A stretch of DNA of 37,946 nt from an uncultured Cardiobacteriales bacterium (GCA_964492525.1 CAZBKP010000001.1:1-37946); one strand, 5' to 3'. Positions 1-12,415 are shown, counted from the stretch's first letter. Notes: generated by a model from the letters alone, not told the origin. Numbers and translations are program-made.

Positions 1-318
<318 letters not shown>

Positions 319-369
319 AATTCAATCTTTTGGGTTGTTGTTTGATGTTAATTTTTTGTAAATTTTTAG

Positions 370-612
<243 letters not shown>

Positions 613-668
613 GATTTAGGTGTTTTATATAACGCCTTGATTTATCGTTAAATAGGCAAGGATGACTT

Positions 669-1139
669 ATGAATATTAATGCTACATTATTTGCACAGTT
701 TGTCGTATTTTTTACGCTAGTATGGGTAGTCATGCGATTTATTTGGCCTCCATTGATCAAAGCGATTGATGAGCGTCGAGCGCAAATTGCTGAGGGTTTA
801 CAGGCTGCTGAAGAGAGTATAGCTCAAAAGGCTTCTGGTGATTCAGAGGTCAAAGCAATCTTAAAAGAAGCCAAGCAAGAGGCTTCATCAATCGTAAGTA
901 TGGCAAATAGACGTGCCGAAGATACAATTGAGGCATCACGAGAGCAAGCAAAAGCAGTTGCTGATAAGCAATTGTCGGATGCAAAAGATCAAATTGTTGT
1001 AGAAATGAATCAGGCGAAAGAACAACTTCGAAAAGATGTTGTTAATTTAGCGCTTGAAGGTGCGGGAAAAATACTTGGACAAGAAGTCAATCGTGAGACG
1101 CATGAACGGTTACTACAAGATTTAGCATCGCGTTTATAA
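669..1139 (+). CDS. atpF: ATP synthase Fo subunit b
   Basis: [10 protein letters not shown]...FIWPPL N-terminal TM helix followed by a charged helical stalk; 156 aa; operon position. Confidence 0.97.
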   Translation: MNINATLFAQFVVFFTLVWVVMRFIWPPLIKAIDERRAQIAEGLQAAEESIAQKASGDSEVKAILKEAKQEASSIVSMANRRAEDTIEASREQAKAVADKQLSDAKDQIVVEMNQAKEQLRKDVVNLALEGAGKILGQEVNRETHERLLQDLASRL

Positions 1140-1158
1140 TTGAGAGAGGATAGTTAGT

Positions 1159-1713
1159 ATGTCAGCAGAAAATATTACCATTGCTCGTCCTTATGCAAAA
1201 GCTGTTTTTTTAGTAGCTAAAGAGGATAAAGCTTGTTCAGAGTGGGCGATTTTTTTAGCTGCGTTAAAAACTTTGGCAATTAGTGATGATGTAAAGACCT
1301 TTGTAAATCGTCCTGATATCTCTCATGATAAGCAACTTCTCTTTTTACAAGATCTTGCCTCCGATATTTTAAAAAGAAAATTGAAAGAGAAGGAAGCTCA
1401 TTTTCTTGGATTGATTTTAGAAAGCAAAAGATTTGCTATTCTTCCACTAATACAAGAAGAGTATGAAATGCTTGTATTAGCTGATCAATCAATTGTTCAA
1501 GCAGAGTTGATCTCTGCTTTTGATGTTACTAATGACGAGTTTAATCTTTTTTCAGAAGCACTAAAACGACGTTTTCAAAAGGACGTAAAGTTGAGCGTTA
1601 GAGTGGATGCCAAATTAATTGGTGGTGCAATGATAAAAGCAGGCGATTGGGTTGTAGATGGATCTTTAAAAGGCCGTCTAGAAAGAATATCAAGTCATAT
1701 TTCTCAATCTTAA
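1159..1713 (+). CDS. atpH: ATP synthase F1 subunit delta
   Basis: TIARPYAKA N-terminus and LIGG...GDWVVDGS C-terminal motif. Confidence 0.96.
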   Translation: MSAENITIARPYAKAVFLVAKEDKACSEWAIFLAALKTLAISDDVKTFVNRPDISHDKQLLFLQDLASDILKRKLKEKEAHFLGLILESKRFAILPLIQEEYEMLVLADQSIVQAELISAFDVTNDEFNLFSEALKRRFQKDVKLSVRVDAKLIGGAMIKAGDWVVDGSLKGRLERISSHISQS

Positions 1714-1757
1714 GGTATTGAAAGAATTTTATTTTGTTTTAAAGGACGATTTTAATT

Positions 1758-3311
1758 ATGCAATTAAATCCATCAGAAATAAGTGATCTTATAAAATCTA
1801 AGATTGAACAGTTTGATGTTAAGCCTGAAGCAAGAACAGAAGGAACTGTAATCAGTGTAACAGATGGTATCGCACGTGTTTATGGTTTAGATGAAGTCAT
1901 GCAAGGTGAAATGGTTGAGTTCCCCGGGAATGTATTCGGGCTAGCTTTAAACTTAGAAAGAGACTCTGTGGGCGTTGTATTACTCGGTGATTACGGTAAT
2001 ATCTCTGAGGGGGATGTTGCAAAATGTACTGGGCGAGTTATGGAAGTACCTGTCGGAAGAGAACTTCTTGGGCGTGTAGTAGATGCATTGGGTAAACCTA
2101 TCGATGGAAAAGGTCCTGTAAATACTACTGAATCAGCACCTGTCGAAAAAGTTGCACCAGGTGTAATTGAGCGTCAATCAGTTGATCAACCTCTTCAAAC
2201 AGGTTATATCGCTGTTGACTCAATGGTTCCAATTGGTCGAGGTCAACGTGAATTAATTATCGGAGATCGTCAAACTGGTAAAACCGCAGTTGCCATTGAT
2301 ACAATTATCAATCAAAAGCATACAGGCGTGAAATGTATTTATGTCGCAATCGGGCAGAAAAACTCTACGATTGCAAATATTGTTCGCAAACTAGAAGAAA
2401 ATGATGCAATGGGGCATACCATTGTGGTTGCTTCAAGTGCTGCTGATCCTGCTGCAATGCAATATATTTCAGCATATTCAGGTTGTACAATGGGTGAGTA
2501 TTTTAGAGATCGTGGTGAAGATGCATTGATTATCTATGATGACCTATCAAAACAAGCCGTTGCATATCGCCAAATATCTTTATTATTGCGCCGTCCTCCT
2601 GGTCGTGAAGCGTATCCTGGTGATGTGTTCTATTTACACTCACGTTTGTTGGAACGTGCTGCACGTGTAAATAGTGATTATGTTGAGCAGTTTACAAAGG
2701 GTGAAGTTAAAGGAAAAACAGGATCTTTAACAGCGTTACCGATTATTGAAACACAAGCAGGTGACGTTTCAGCGTTCGTACCTACAAACGTTATATCCAT
2801 TACTGATGGTCAGATATTTTTAGAGTCAGACTTATTTAATGCCGGTGTAAGACCTGCAATTAATGCGGGTATATCTGTTTCTCGTGTAGGTGGTGCTGCA
2901 CAAACCAAGATCATTAAGAAATTAGGTGGTGGTGTTCGTTTAGCATTGGCTCAGTATCGTGAACTTGAAGCATTCTCTCAATTTGCATCAGATCTTGACG
3001 AAGCAACACGTAAACAGCTAGAAAGAGGGCAACGTGTTATGGAATTAATGAAGCAACAACAATATAAACCTTATACTGTTGCTGAAATGGCAATTATTTT
3101 GTACACCGTTGAGAAAGGTCACTTGGATGATATTCCTGTGAATGAGGTCCAAGCATTTGCACAATCTTTAACTCAGATGATGAATCTAGAGCAGGCTTCT
3201 TTGATGGAAGAGATTAATAATACAGGTAATTATAATGATGATATTGATGCAGCCTTCGCTAAAGCAATTGAATCATTTAAGAAAACAGAAGCATGGGTAA
3301 CTAGTAAGTAG
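1758..3311 (+). CDS. atpA: ATP synthase F1 subunit alpha
   Basis: GDRQTGKT Walker [24 protein letters not shown] and [13 protein letters not shown] motifs. Confidence 0.99.
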   Translation: MQLNPSEISDLIKSKIEQFDVKPEARTEGTVISVTDGIARVYGLDEVMQGEMVEFPGNVFGLALNLERDSVGVVLLGDYGNISEGDVAKCTGRVMEVPVGRELLGRVVDALGKPIDGKGPVNTTESAPVEKVAPGVIERQSVDQPLQTGYIAVDSMVPIGRGQRELIIGDRQTGKTAVAIDTIINQKHTGVKCIYVAIGQKNSTIANIVRKLEENDAMGHTIVVASSAADPAAMQYISAYSGCTMGEYFRDRGEDALIIYDDLSKQAVAYRQISLLLRRPPGREAYPGDVFYLHSRLLERAARVNSDYVEQFTKGEVKGKTGSLTALPIIETQAGDVSAFVPTNVISITDGQIFLESDLFNAGVRPAINAGISVSRVGGAAQTKIIKKLGGGVRLALAQYRELEAFSQFASDLDEATRKQLERGQRVMELMKQQQYKPYTVAEMAIILYTVEKGHLDDIPVNEVQAFAQSLTQMMNLEQASLMEEINNTGNYNDDIDAAFAKAIESFKKTEAWVTSK

Positions 3312-3345
3312 TTCGTTTTTCACTACGTGGTATTTAGGAAAGTCT

Positions 3346-4281
3346 ATGGCAGTTGGAAAAGAGATTAGAACAAAAATCAAAAGCATTAAAAACACTCAAA
3401 AAATCACGAGTGCAATGCAGATGGTTGCGTCTAGTAAAATGCGTAAAACTCAACAGCAAATGTTGAGTTCTAGGCCTTATGCCCATCAAATTTTTAAGCT
3501 TGTTTCTCACTTAGCACAAGCTAATATTGACTTTGAACATGTTTATCTTACAAAGCGCGAAACGAAACGAGTAGGCGTGATTGTAATTAGTTCAGACAGA
3601 GGTCTTTGTGGCGGCTTAAATAATAATTTGTTTAAGCATTTGAGTCTGAAAATGCGTGAATGGAGCGAAGAGAATAAAGAGGTTTCTTTTGTTACTTTTG
3701 GTAAAAAAGCAAATGCCTTTTTTAGCAGATTCGGTGGCAAAGTTCTTGCAACTGCAAGTGGACTAGGTGATTCACCAACAATGGCAGAATTATTAGGCCC
3801 CATCAACGTTATGTTGAAAGCCTATCGTGATGGTGATGTTGATGAAGTGCATGTGTTTGCAAATTTATTTGTGAATACAATGGTGCAAAAACCAGTGGAT
3901 ATTCCAATGTTGCCTCTAGATGTGAATAAATTTAAACTTCTAGAAGAAGAGATGGGGTATTCGAGTCTAGAAGAAGGTGAAGAAAATACTGAGCTTCCAA
4001 TCAAAAGGTCATCTGGACTACGTTGGGATTATATCTATGATATGAATCCAGAAAGACTCATCGATTTGATACTCAGTCGCTATTTAGAATCTGGAATTTA
4101 TCATGCAGTCGTTGAAAATATTGCGTGTGAAATGGCTGCAAGAATGATGGCGATGCAGGCAGCAACTGATAATGCGGACGCTTTAGTGAATAATTTACAA
4201 CTTGCTTATAACAAGGCTCGTCAAGCTGCTATTACTCAGGAAATTTCAGAAATTGTTGGTGGTGCAGCTGCTTTAGGCTAA
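3346..4281 (+). CDS. atpG: ATP synthase F1 subunit gamma, with an acidic internal insertion
   Basis: KITSAMQMVA, SDRGLCGGLN and ARQAAITQEISEIVGGA motifs. Confidence 0.98.
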   Translation: MAVGKEIRTKIKSIKNTQKITSAMQMVASSKMRKTQQQMLSSRPYAHQIFKLVSHLAQANIDFEHVYLTKRETKRVGVIVISSDRGLCGGLNNNLFKHLSLKMREWSEENKEVSFVTFGKKANAFFSRFGGKVLATASGLGDSPTMAELLGPINVMLKAYRDGDVDEVHVFANLFVNTMVQKPVDIPMLPLDVNKFKLLEEEMGYSSLEEGEENTELPIKRSSGLRWDYIYDMNPERLIDLILSRYLESGIYHAVVENIACEMAARMMAMQAATDNADALVNNLQLAYNKARQAAITQEISEIVGGAAALG

Positions 4282-4307
4282 GAGAATTTAAGATTCAAAA
4301 TATTTAG

Positions 4308-5690
<1,383 letters not shown>

Positions 5691-5712
5691 TGCGACTTTA
5701 TAGGAGAAAACT

Positions 5713-6138
5713 ATGAGTACTATGCATGTTTCGATTGTCAGTGCGGAAAAAGAACTTTTCTCAGGAGAAGTATCTTTTTTTGCTGGGACAAGCCGATCAG
5801 GCGAGCTCGGAGTATTTCCAGGACACTTACCCCTTTTAACTGAACTTGTCCCTGGGCAGGTTCGTTTAAAGATGGCGGATGGTGTTGAAGATGTATTTTG
5901 GGTATCTGGTGGTATTTTGGAAATACAACCAAATCAAATTATTGTTTTAGCTGAATCAGCTGAACGAGCTGATGATTTAGATGAGGCAGAGGCGTTGGCT
6001 GCTAAACAGCGAGTTGAGACGATGCTTCAAAAGCGTGATGATGACTTTAACTATGCATTGGCAGAAAAAGAAATGCGAGAGATTTCTGCGAAAATAAGCG
6101 CGATAGAAAAGTACCGAAAAATAGGTAAAACAAAATAA
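5713..6138 (+). CDS. atpC: ATP synthase F1 subunit epsilon
   Basis: GELGVFPGHLP and VSGGILEIQP motifs plus a C-terminal helical hairpin; last gene of the operon. Confidence 0.97.
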   Translation: MSTMHVSIVSAEKELFSGEVSFFAGTSRSGELGVFPGHLPLLTELVPGQVRLKMADGVEDVFWVSGGILEIQPNQIIVLAESAERADDLDEAEALAAKQRVETMLQKRDDDFNYALAEKEMREISAKISAIEKYRKIGKTK

Positions 6139-6170
6139 TAAAAAACCTGTCGCAAGACAGGTTTTTTATT
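6137..6170. terminator. Intrinsic, bidirectional-type terminator of the atp operon
   Basis: Perfect 15-bp inverted repeat AATAAAAAACCTGTC-GCAA-GACAGGTTTTTTATT with a GNRA loop. Confidence 0.9.
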
Positions 6171-6173
6171 GGG

Positions 6174-6179
6174 TATAAT
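6174..6179 (+). promoter_or_regulatory. Possible sigma70 -10 element for ppk1
   Basis: TATAAT directly after the terminator, about 25 nt before the ATG with a GGGAGG SD. No clear -35. Confidence 0.45.
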
Positions 6180-6204
6180 CATGCCCTAAATATGGGGAGG
6201 AATC

Positions 6205-8298
6205 ATGGAAGAGACTTTACAGCACCATTCTGTGCAGGCAAAGTATCCACTTATCAATCGTGAGAAGTCTATTTTGGCTTTCCAAGAGCGAGTGCTATCG
6301 CTTGCGTGCGACAAGCGTATTCCTCTTTTAGAACGTTTAAAATTTATTGCAATTGTTTCTACTAATTTAGATGAATTTTTTGAAGTTCGTATGGCTAATA
6401 TCCAAGAACAAATCCATGCAGGGCTTGAAATCATTGGCGATGAAACAGTCGATGAATGGCAAAAATCAATTCATTCTCAAGTTACTACACTTATCGGAAA
6501 TCAATATCGCTTATTTGCAGATGAGCTTGTGCCTTCTTTGGAAAAAGAAGGTGTTAAGTTATTAAGTGTTTCAGAATGGAGTGATGCACAATATAGTTGG
6601 TTGTTAGAGTTGTTTGTGCATAATATGCTTCCTGTATTTACTCCAATAGCGTTAGATGTTGCCCACCCATTTCCTCATATTGCGAATAAAAGTTTAAATT
6701 TCATTGTGGATCTTAAAGGTACAGATGCTTATGGGCGAAAAATAGATATAGCAGTGTTTTCAATTCCAGAAAATTTACCTCACTTGATTGAGCTTCCAGC
6801 AGAAGAAGGGGTTAAGTTATTTACAACAATTCAAGAGGTGATTAATGCTTTTATTCACCAACTATTTCCTGATCTTACAATTATGGGGTTCTACCAATTT
6901 AGGGTAACTCGTAATAGCCATCTTTTTATTGATAGAGAAGAACTCACAAATCTTCATCAGGCACTACGTGGGGAGTTAAAACAGAGAGGTTTTGGGCACG
7001 CTGTTCGATTGGAAATAGAAAGTAATTGTCCTGATACTTTAAAGCAGACACTTTTATCTGAGTTTGATTTGAAGGCATCCGATATTTACTATGTTCCACA
7101 CTACTTTAATTTAGAACACTTGTTTTTATTGGCAAATAAAATTGATGCCCCACATCTTAAGTACCCAAAATTAAAACGATATACTCCTGTTCGTTGGCTT
7201 AATCGAGAAAGCGCATTTTTGGAAATTGATAAGCGAGATATTATTCTGCATCACCCTTATGATAGCTTTACACCTGTGATTGATTTTTTAAGAGAAGCAG
7301 CAGAAGACCCTAATGTACTTGTCATTCGCATGACGGTTTATCGTACAGGTGATGATTCTGAGCTCATGGAGCTTCTTGTTAAAGCAGCTCGATTAGGAAA
7401 AGAAGTTAATGTTGTTGTTGAGCTTATGGCTCGTTTTGATGAAAAAACAAACCTACAGTGGGCCTCTCGTCTTGAGGATGAAGGCATTAAAATTGTATAT
7501 GGTGTATTTGGATATAAAACACATGCAAAAATGCTTCTTGTTATTCGAGAAGAGAAAAACCGTCATGGTGAAATTTATCTTCGTCGTTATGCACATATAG
7601 GGACAGGGAATTATCACTCAGGAAATGCTCGGCTTTATACGGACTTTAGTCTTTTAACTTCTGATGAGGAAGTTACGCGAAATATCTCGGGTGTTTTTAT
7701 GAATCTATCTAGTCTTGCAAAGGTTCCTGAACATCAAATGGTCTGGCAAGCCCCTTTTGATTTTGCAGATCGATTACTCTCTGCTATTTCAAAAGAAGAG
7801 GAAAATATTGCAAATGGAGGAGAAGGACGAATCATTGCAAAAATGAACGCACTTTTAGAGCCTATTTTGATTGATGCACTTTATGAGGCATCCAAGAAAG
7901 GAGTGCAGATAGATCTTGTCGTCAGAGGTGCATGTGCTTTAAAACCCGGAATTAAAGGGCTGTCTGAAAATATTCGAGTTCGTTCAATTGTGGGACGTTT
8001 TTTAGAGCATTCTAGAGTATTCTATTTTTATGATAATGGCGCTGAATCGGTCTATCTCTCTAGTGCAGATTGGATGAACCGTAACTTTTTTAGAAGAATT
8101 GAAATTGCTGTGCCTGTCCTTGATCCTAAAGTAAAGCGAATGGTAATTAAAGAAGGTCTCATGATGTATCTAGATGATCATACTGCTTGGATATTAGATG
8201 GAGATTCAGAGCAATATCATCAAAAAGAAAGGAGAGGAAAGCAAATGTCTGTACAAGAGAAGCTAGTTGCGCTAAGAAAGCGTGATAAGGACGCGTAA
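6205..8298 (+). CDS. ppk1: Polyphosphate kinase 1
   Basis: INRE..LAFQERVL, NLDEFFEVR, HHPYDSF, ELMARFDE, KTHAKM (phospho-His), GTGNY, RFLEHSR and SSADWM motifs. Confidence 0.97.
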   Translation: MEETLQHHSVQAKYPLINREKSILAFQERVLSLACDKRIPLLERLKFIAIVSTNLDEFFEVRMANIQEQIHAGLEIIGDETVDEWQKSIHSQVTTLIGNQYRLFADELVPSLEKEGVKLLSVSEWSDAQYSWLLELFVHNMLPVFTPIALDVAHPFPHIANKSLNFIVDLKGTDAYGRKIDIAVFSIPENLPHLIELPAEEGVKLFTTIQEVINAFIHQLFPDLTIMGFYQFRVTRNSHLFIDREELTNLHQALRGELKQRGFGHAVRLEIESNCPDTLKQTLLSEFDLKASDIYYVPHYFNLEHLFLLANKIDAPHLKYPKLKRYTPVRWLNRESAFLEIDKRDIILHHPYDSFTPVIDFLREAAEDPNVLVIRMTVYRTGDDSELMELLVKAARLGKEVNVVVELMARFDEKTNLQWASRLEDEGIKIVYGVFGYKTHAKMLLVIREEKNRHGEIYLRRYAHIGTGNYHSGNARLYTDFSLLTSDEEVTRNISGVFMNLSSLAKVPEHQMVWQAPFDFADRLLSAISKEEENIANGGEGRIIAKMNALLEPILIDALYEASKKGVQIDLVVRGACALKPGIKGLSENIRVRSIVGRFLEHSRVFYFYDNGAESVYLSSADWMNRNFFRRIEIAVPVLDPKVKRMVIKEGLMMYLDDHTAWILDGDSEQYHQKERRGKQMSVQEKLVALRKRDKDA

Positions 8299-8299
8299 A

Positions 8300-10105
8300 A
8301 TGCTTGCGTATTTAGATTATCAATTGGTCTCTTTTTTAACCAATGCACAGTTATTCTCTCTCGTTATTTTAATTATTGCCTTCTTTCTATTTATGTTAGG
8401 TAAGTGGCGATATGATATCGTCGCTTTAGGAACCTTACTTGTCCTGATTTTACTCGGGATCGTTCCTTATAAGGATGCCTATAAGGGATTTAGCCATCCT
8501 GCATTGATAACGGTTGCCTCTGTTCTTGTGTTAAGTCATGCGATTGGTAAAACAGGAATTACCTATCACCTTTCAAAACATTTGAGTGCTTTTTCTACAC
8601 ATCCTTCTTTGCTTGTATTAATGTTAACAGGGCTTGTTGCGTTCTTTTCCGCTTTTATGAATGATGTGGGGGCGCTTGCACTCATAATGCCTGTCGCAAT
8701 ACAGGTTTGCCACCGTTATAAAATTCCTCCAGCAAGAGTACTGATGCCAATGGCATTTGCTTCATTATTAGGTGGTACAATTACGTTGATTGGTACACCG
8801 CCTAATATTATTGTTGCAAATTATCGAGAATCGATTGGGCTTGAGAAGTTCACAATGTTTGACTTTACCCCTGTGGGCTTAGTTGTAGCGGTAGTGGGAC
8901 TTTCCTATTTAGCATTGATTGGGTGGCGGTTGATTCCTGAGCGAAAATCAGCAACAGGAAATACTGAGTTTTATACAGATAACTATCTTCTTGAGGCAAA
9001 GGTCGAAGAGGGGAGTAAATGTGCCCAAAAAAGTGTGAAAGAGATTGAGGAAATCACGGAGCATACGGTGAGAGTTGTTGTGATTATTCGAGGTGCACGT
9101 CGAATTCTTGATCCTGGACCTGATGAAGTTGTGCGTGCTCACGATACTCTTTTATTGGAGGGGCAACCTGAAGAGCTTAAGCAATTAGAACTTCTTACAG
9201 GATTGAATCTTACAAAAAGTATCGCCAATAAGATGATTCCGACGAACAAGTTGAGTGTTGTAGAGGTTGTTGTGAATCCGGGTTCTCGATTAGTGGATCA
9301 TTCCTTAATGGAAGTTCAAATGCGGGAACGATATGCCATTAATGTAATTGCGGTTTCTCGTCATGGAGAAAGTATCCGCAAACGATTCTCACGAATCAGC
9401 ATGAAAGCTGGGGATATTCTTCTGATCCAAGGGAATATCGATGAGCTCCCAGAAACATTGAACTATCTTGGCTTATTGCCACTTGCTGAGCGTGATATTA
9501 GTCTAAAAGCCTCTTATAAAATGCTTCCAACGGTTGCGATTTTTGTGGGAGCGATCGGGCTCGTTGCCTTTCAAATTTTACCTGCGGAGGTGAGTTTTCC
9601 TTTAGCGGTATTCTTGCTAGTGATATTTAATCTTCTCCCTTTGAAAGATATTTATAAGAGCCAGCAAGGTTCACTAATTATGTTGCTCGGGTGTTTCATA
9701 ACGGTGGGGGCAGCCTTAGAAAAAACAGGTGCAAGTGCGGTTTTGGCACAGAAACTTGTCTCTCTATTAGATGGCTCAAGTGATATTGTCATGCTTGGTG
9801 CGATTTTACTCATTACAATCATTATGACAGATGTGATTAATAGCTCTGCAACCGCCGTTATCATGTGTCCTATTGCCTATGGCGTTGCACAACACTTAGG
9901 ACATAACCCAGATGCTTATTTGATGGGCGTTGCCATTGCAAGTTCCTGTACGTTTAATACGCCGATAGGGCATCATTCAAATACATTGGTATTAGCGCCA
10001 GGTGGATATCAATTTGGAGATTATTGGCGTGTTGGATTAATTTTAGATATATTGTTATTGTTAACCGTAACGCCAACTCTAATGTGGGTATGGCCTTTGC
10101 ATTAA
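8300..10105 (+). CDS. SLC13/CitMHS-family anion permease with two TrkA-C (RCK_C) domains
   Basis: SAFMND, LIGTPPN and TPIGHHSN..PGGY.FGDY.RVG motifs, with two central soluble TrkA-C-like repeats. ATG 8300 with an AAGGA SD lies 1 nt after the ppk1 stop. Confidence 0.85.
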   Translation: MLAYLDYQLVSFLTNAQLFSLVILIIAFFLFMLGKWRYDIVALGTLLVLILLGIVPYKDAYKGFSHPALITVASVLVLSHAIGKTGITYHLSKHLSAFSTHPSLLVLMLTGLVAFFSAFMNDVGALALIMPVAIQVCHRYKIPPARVLMPMAFASLLGGTITLIGTPPNIIVANYRESIGLEKFTMFDFTPVGLVVAVVGLSYLALIGWRLIPERKSATGNTEFYTDNYLLEAKVEEGSKCAQKSVKEIEEITEHTVRVVVIIRGARRILDPGPDEVVRAHDTLLLEGQPEELKQLELLTGLNLTKSIANKMIPTNKLSVVEVVVNPGSRLVDHSLMEVQMRERYAINVIAVSRHGESIRKRFSRISMKAGDILLIQGNIDELPETLNYLGLLPLAERDISLKASYKMLPTVAIFVGAIGLVAFQILPAEVSFPLAVFLLVIFNLLPLKDIYKSQQGSLIMLLGCFITVGAALEKTGASAVLAQKLVSLLDGSSDIVMLGAILLITIIMTDVINSSATAVIMCPIAYGVAQHLGHNPDAYLMGVAIASSCTFNTPIGHHSNTLVLAPGGYQFGDYWRVGLILDILLLLTVTPTLMWVWPLH

Positions 10106-10132
10106 AATGTCATTTATGATGAAAGGATAAAT

Positions 10133-11335
10133 ATGAGTTTATATAAGTCTGTAGAGAAAGCCCCCGATGATCCTATTCTCAGTTTAGTTGAGCAATATAA
10201 TCAAGATACACGTCCTGAGAAGGTGAATTTAAGTATCGGGATTTACACCGATGCCAATGGAAAAGTGCCTATTTTAAAAGCAGTGAATGAAGCACAAGAT
10301 TATTTTCTAAAAGAACAAAAACCCCATGTGTATCTACCCATGCACGGTTTAAATTCCTACATTGATGCGGTCAAGCGATTGATTTTCTCAGAGCATAGTT
10401 CCATTTTGACTGAAAACCGCTTAGCAACGGTGCAGACGTTAGGAGGCACGGGTGCATTAAAAGTAGGTGCAGATTTTCTTCATCAACTTTTGGCAGATGA
10501 GGGTGTGTCTGTTTATGTTTCAAATCCTACATGGGATAACCATCGTGCAATTTTTAAAGGCGCAGGATTTGAGGTTAAAGATTATCCATACTTTGATGCT
10601 AAAACGGGTGGAGTTGATTTCGATGCGCTTCTCGCTTTTGTCAAAACGTTAAAAAAACATTCTATTCTCGTTTTGCATGCATGTTGTCATAATCCGACAG
10701 GTGCGGATTTATCTGAAGATGAATGGCAAAAACTTGCGGAAGCGATGAAAACCCATGAGTTAATTCCATTTTTAGATATGGCATATCAAGGATTTAGTAA
10801 AGGCGTTGATGAAGATGCTCGCGCCATTCATATTTTTGAAAAAGCTGGTTTACCTGCATTGATCGCAAATTCATTTTCAAAGTCATTCTCGTTATATGGT
10901 GAGCGTGTTGGAGCACTCTCTGTAATTACAGGTTCGGCTGATGAGCAAGTTCGCGTGACCTCTCAACTTAAAAAAATGGTTCGCGCCAACTACTCCTCTC
11001 CTCCCATCTACGGTGCAGCACTTGTGGGTCATGTATTAAATGATCCTAGACTCAAGCAACTCTGGTTGGATGAGCTTCGTGAAATGCGTGAGCGAATTCA
11101 TGTGATGCGAGATAAATTTGTCGCCTTATTAAATGAAGGTCAGACAAAACGTGATTTCTCCTTTATTCGTGCACAGAATGGGATGTTTAGTTATTCAGGG
11201 CTTACAAAGGCTGAAGTAGATCGTCTCCGCGAAGAATTTGCAATTTATGCAGTCGGAACAGGACGAATCTGCGTTGCTGCCTTAAATGAGCATAATGTTG
11301 TAAAAGCAGCAGAAGCGATTATCAAAGTCATTTAA
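10133..11335 (+). CDS. tyrB: Aromatic amino acid/aspartate aminotransferase (class I)
   Basis: DPIL, QTLGGTGAL, HACCHNPTG, DMAYQGF and SFSKSFSLYGERVG (PLP Lys). TyrB versus AspC is not fully resolvable. Confidence 0.88.
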   Translation: MSLYKSVEKAPDDPILSLVEQYNQDTRPEKVNLSIGIYTDANGKVPILKAVNEAQDYFLKEQKPHVYLPMHGLNSYIDAVKRLIFSEHSSILTENRLATVQTLGGTGALKVGADFLHQLLADEGVSVYVSNPTWDNHRAIFKGAGFEVKDYPYFDAKTGGVDFDALLAFVKTLKKHSILVLHACCHNPTGADLSEDEWQKLAEAMKTHELIPFLDMAYQGFSKGVDEDARAIHIFEKAGLPALIANSFSKSFSLYGERVGALSVITGSADEQVRVTSQLKKMVRANYSSPPIYGAALVGHVLNDPRLKQLWLDELREMRERIHVMRDKFVALLNEGQTKRDFSFIRAQNGMFSYSGLTKAEVDRLREEFAIYAVGTGRICVAALNEHNVVKAAEAIIKVI

Positions 11336-11343
11336 GTAAAATA

Positions 11344-11379
11344 CCAATAAAAAAGTGCCTTGGCGCACTTTTTTATTGG
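11344..11379. terminator. Intrinsic, bidirectional-type terminator after tyrB
   Basis: CCAATAAAAAAGTGC-cttggc-GCACTTTTTTATTGG, a 15-bp stem. Confidence 0.88.
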
Positions 11380-11446
11380 AAAAATAATCGAATAACGATG
11401 CAATTCGTTATAATGGAAACTATCCTTATTGAAGTGAATCCAATTT

Positions 11447-12415
11447 ATGTCCCCGATCGCAAAAGCACTGTTTTATATTTTTTCAGAAGGTAGTCTCTAT
11501 AGAGGGGAGCAACTAGCACAGCAATTTTCTGTAACGCGACAAGCGATCTGGAAAGCTGTTAATGAATTAAAACAGTATGGACTTGTTGAAACAGTCGGTA
11601 AACAAGGCTATCGCGCAAACTTTGATTATATTCCTTTGTCGAAAGAGAAAATATTATCTTTATTAGATGCTAAAAGTATTGCATTGCTCAATTTTTTAGA
11701 TGTAGAACTCATCACGGGTTCTACCAATGTCTTGATTGCAGATAGAGAGATAAACGATGCGGGCGTCTGTGTGTGTGAGATGCAAGAAGCGGGTAAAGGC
11801 CGAAATGGGAAAACATGGATTTCCCCTTTTGCAAAGAATCTCTATTTCTCGATGAAGATTCATTTTCATCATCAAGCGCTGGCAAATTTAACAAGCTTTA
11901 GCCCTGCATTAGGGCTTTCAGTCGTTAAGTATCTAAATACATTAGGTGTAAATGCAACGATCAAATGGCCAAATGATATTTGGGTTAAGGGGCATAAGAT
12001 GGCTGGGATTTTGATAGAGACAATTGCAAAGCAAGAGAATGATGTTGAAATGATTATTGGGATAGGACTTAATAATCATAAAGTCGATGATCTTAATTTG
12101 TCAGGCAATAAAGTCACCTCCATTGAAGAAGAGCTGGGGCAGGCAATTGATCGTAATGTACTGATTGCTGCACTCATTACGATGATCCTCGAGCTACGAG
12201 ATCAATATGATACCTTTAATATTCCCAATCTTGATGAGGATTGGAAACAATATAGCGCTTTAGCAGGTCAAAAAATTCGTTTGTTTTCACCCTATCAGGA
12301 GATTATCGGAGAAGAGATTGGGATTGCAGAAAATGGCGCATTGCTAATCAAGGATGAAGCAGGGAAGATTAATAGTTATTTCTCAGGAGAGCTTTCGCTC
12401 AGACCTTATGCTTAA
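11447..12415 (+). CDS. birA: Biotin-[acetyl-CoA-carboxylase] ligase with N-terminal HTH (group II BirA)
   Basis: N-terminal GEQLAQQFSVTRQAIWKAV HTH; STN, QEAGKGRNGKTW, IKWPND and KMAGIL motifs. Confidence 0.93.
   Translation: MSPIAKALFYIFSEGSLYRGEQLAQQFSVTRQAIWKAVNELKQYGLVETVGKQGYRANFDYIPLSKEKILSLLDAKSIALLNFLDVELITGSTNVLIADREINDAGVCVCEMQEAGKGRNGKTWISPFAKNLYFSMKIHFHHQALANLTSFSPALGLSVVKYLNTLGVNATIKWPNDIWVKGHKMAGILIETIAKQENDVEMIIGIGLNNHKVDDLNLSGNKVTSIEEELGQAIDRNVLIAALITMILELRDQYDTFNIPNLDEDWKQYSALAGQKIRLFSPYQEIIGEEIGIAENGALLIKDEAGKINSYFSGELSLRPYA

Noticed and set aside
9733..9741. AAGTGCGGT, identical to the Haemophilus DNA uptake sequence; partial AAAAGTGC also in the 11344 terminator
   Set aside because: Only one exact copy was noticed in 38 kb; true uptake sequences would be far denser.
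12354..12407. Longer N-terminus for coaX from the ORF track
   Set aside because: It overlaps birA extensively; the family motif begins right after ATG 12408.
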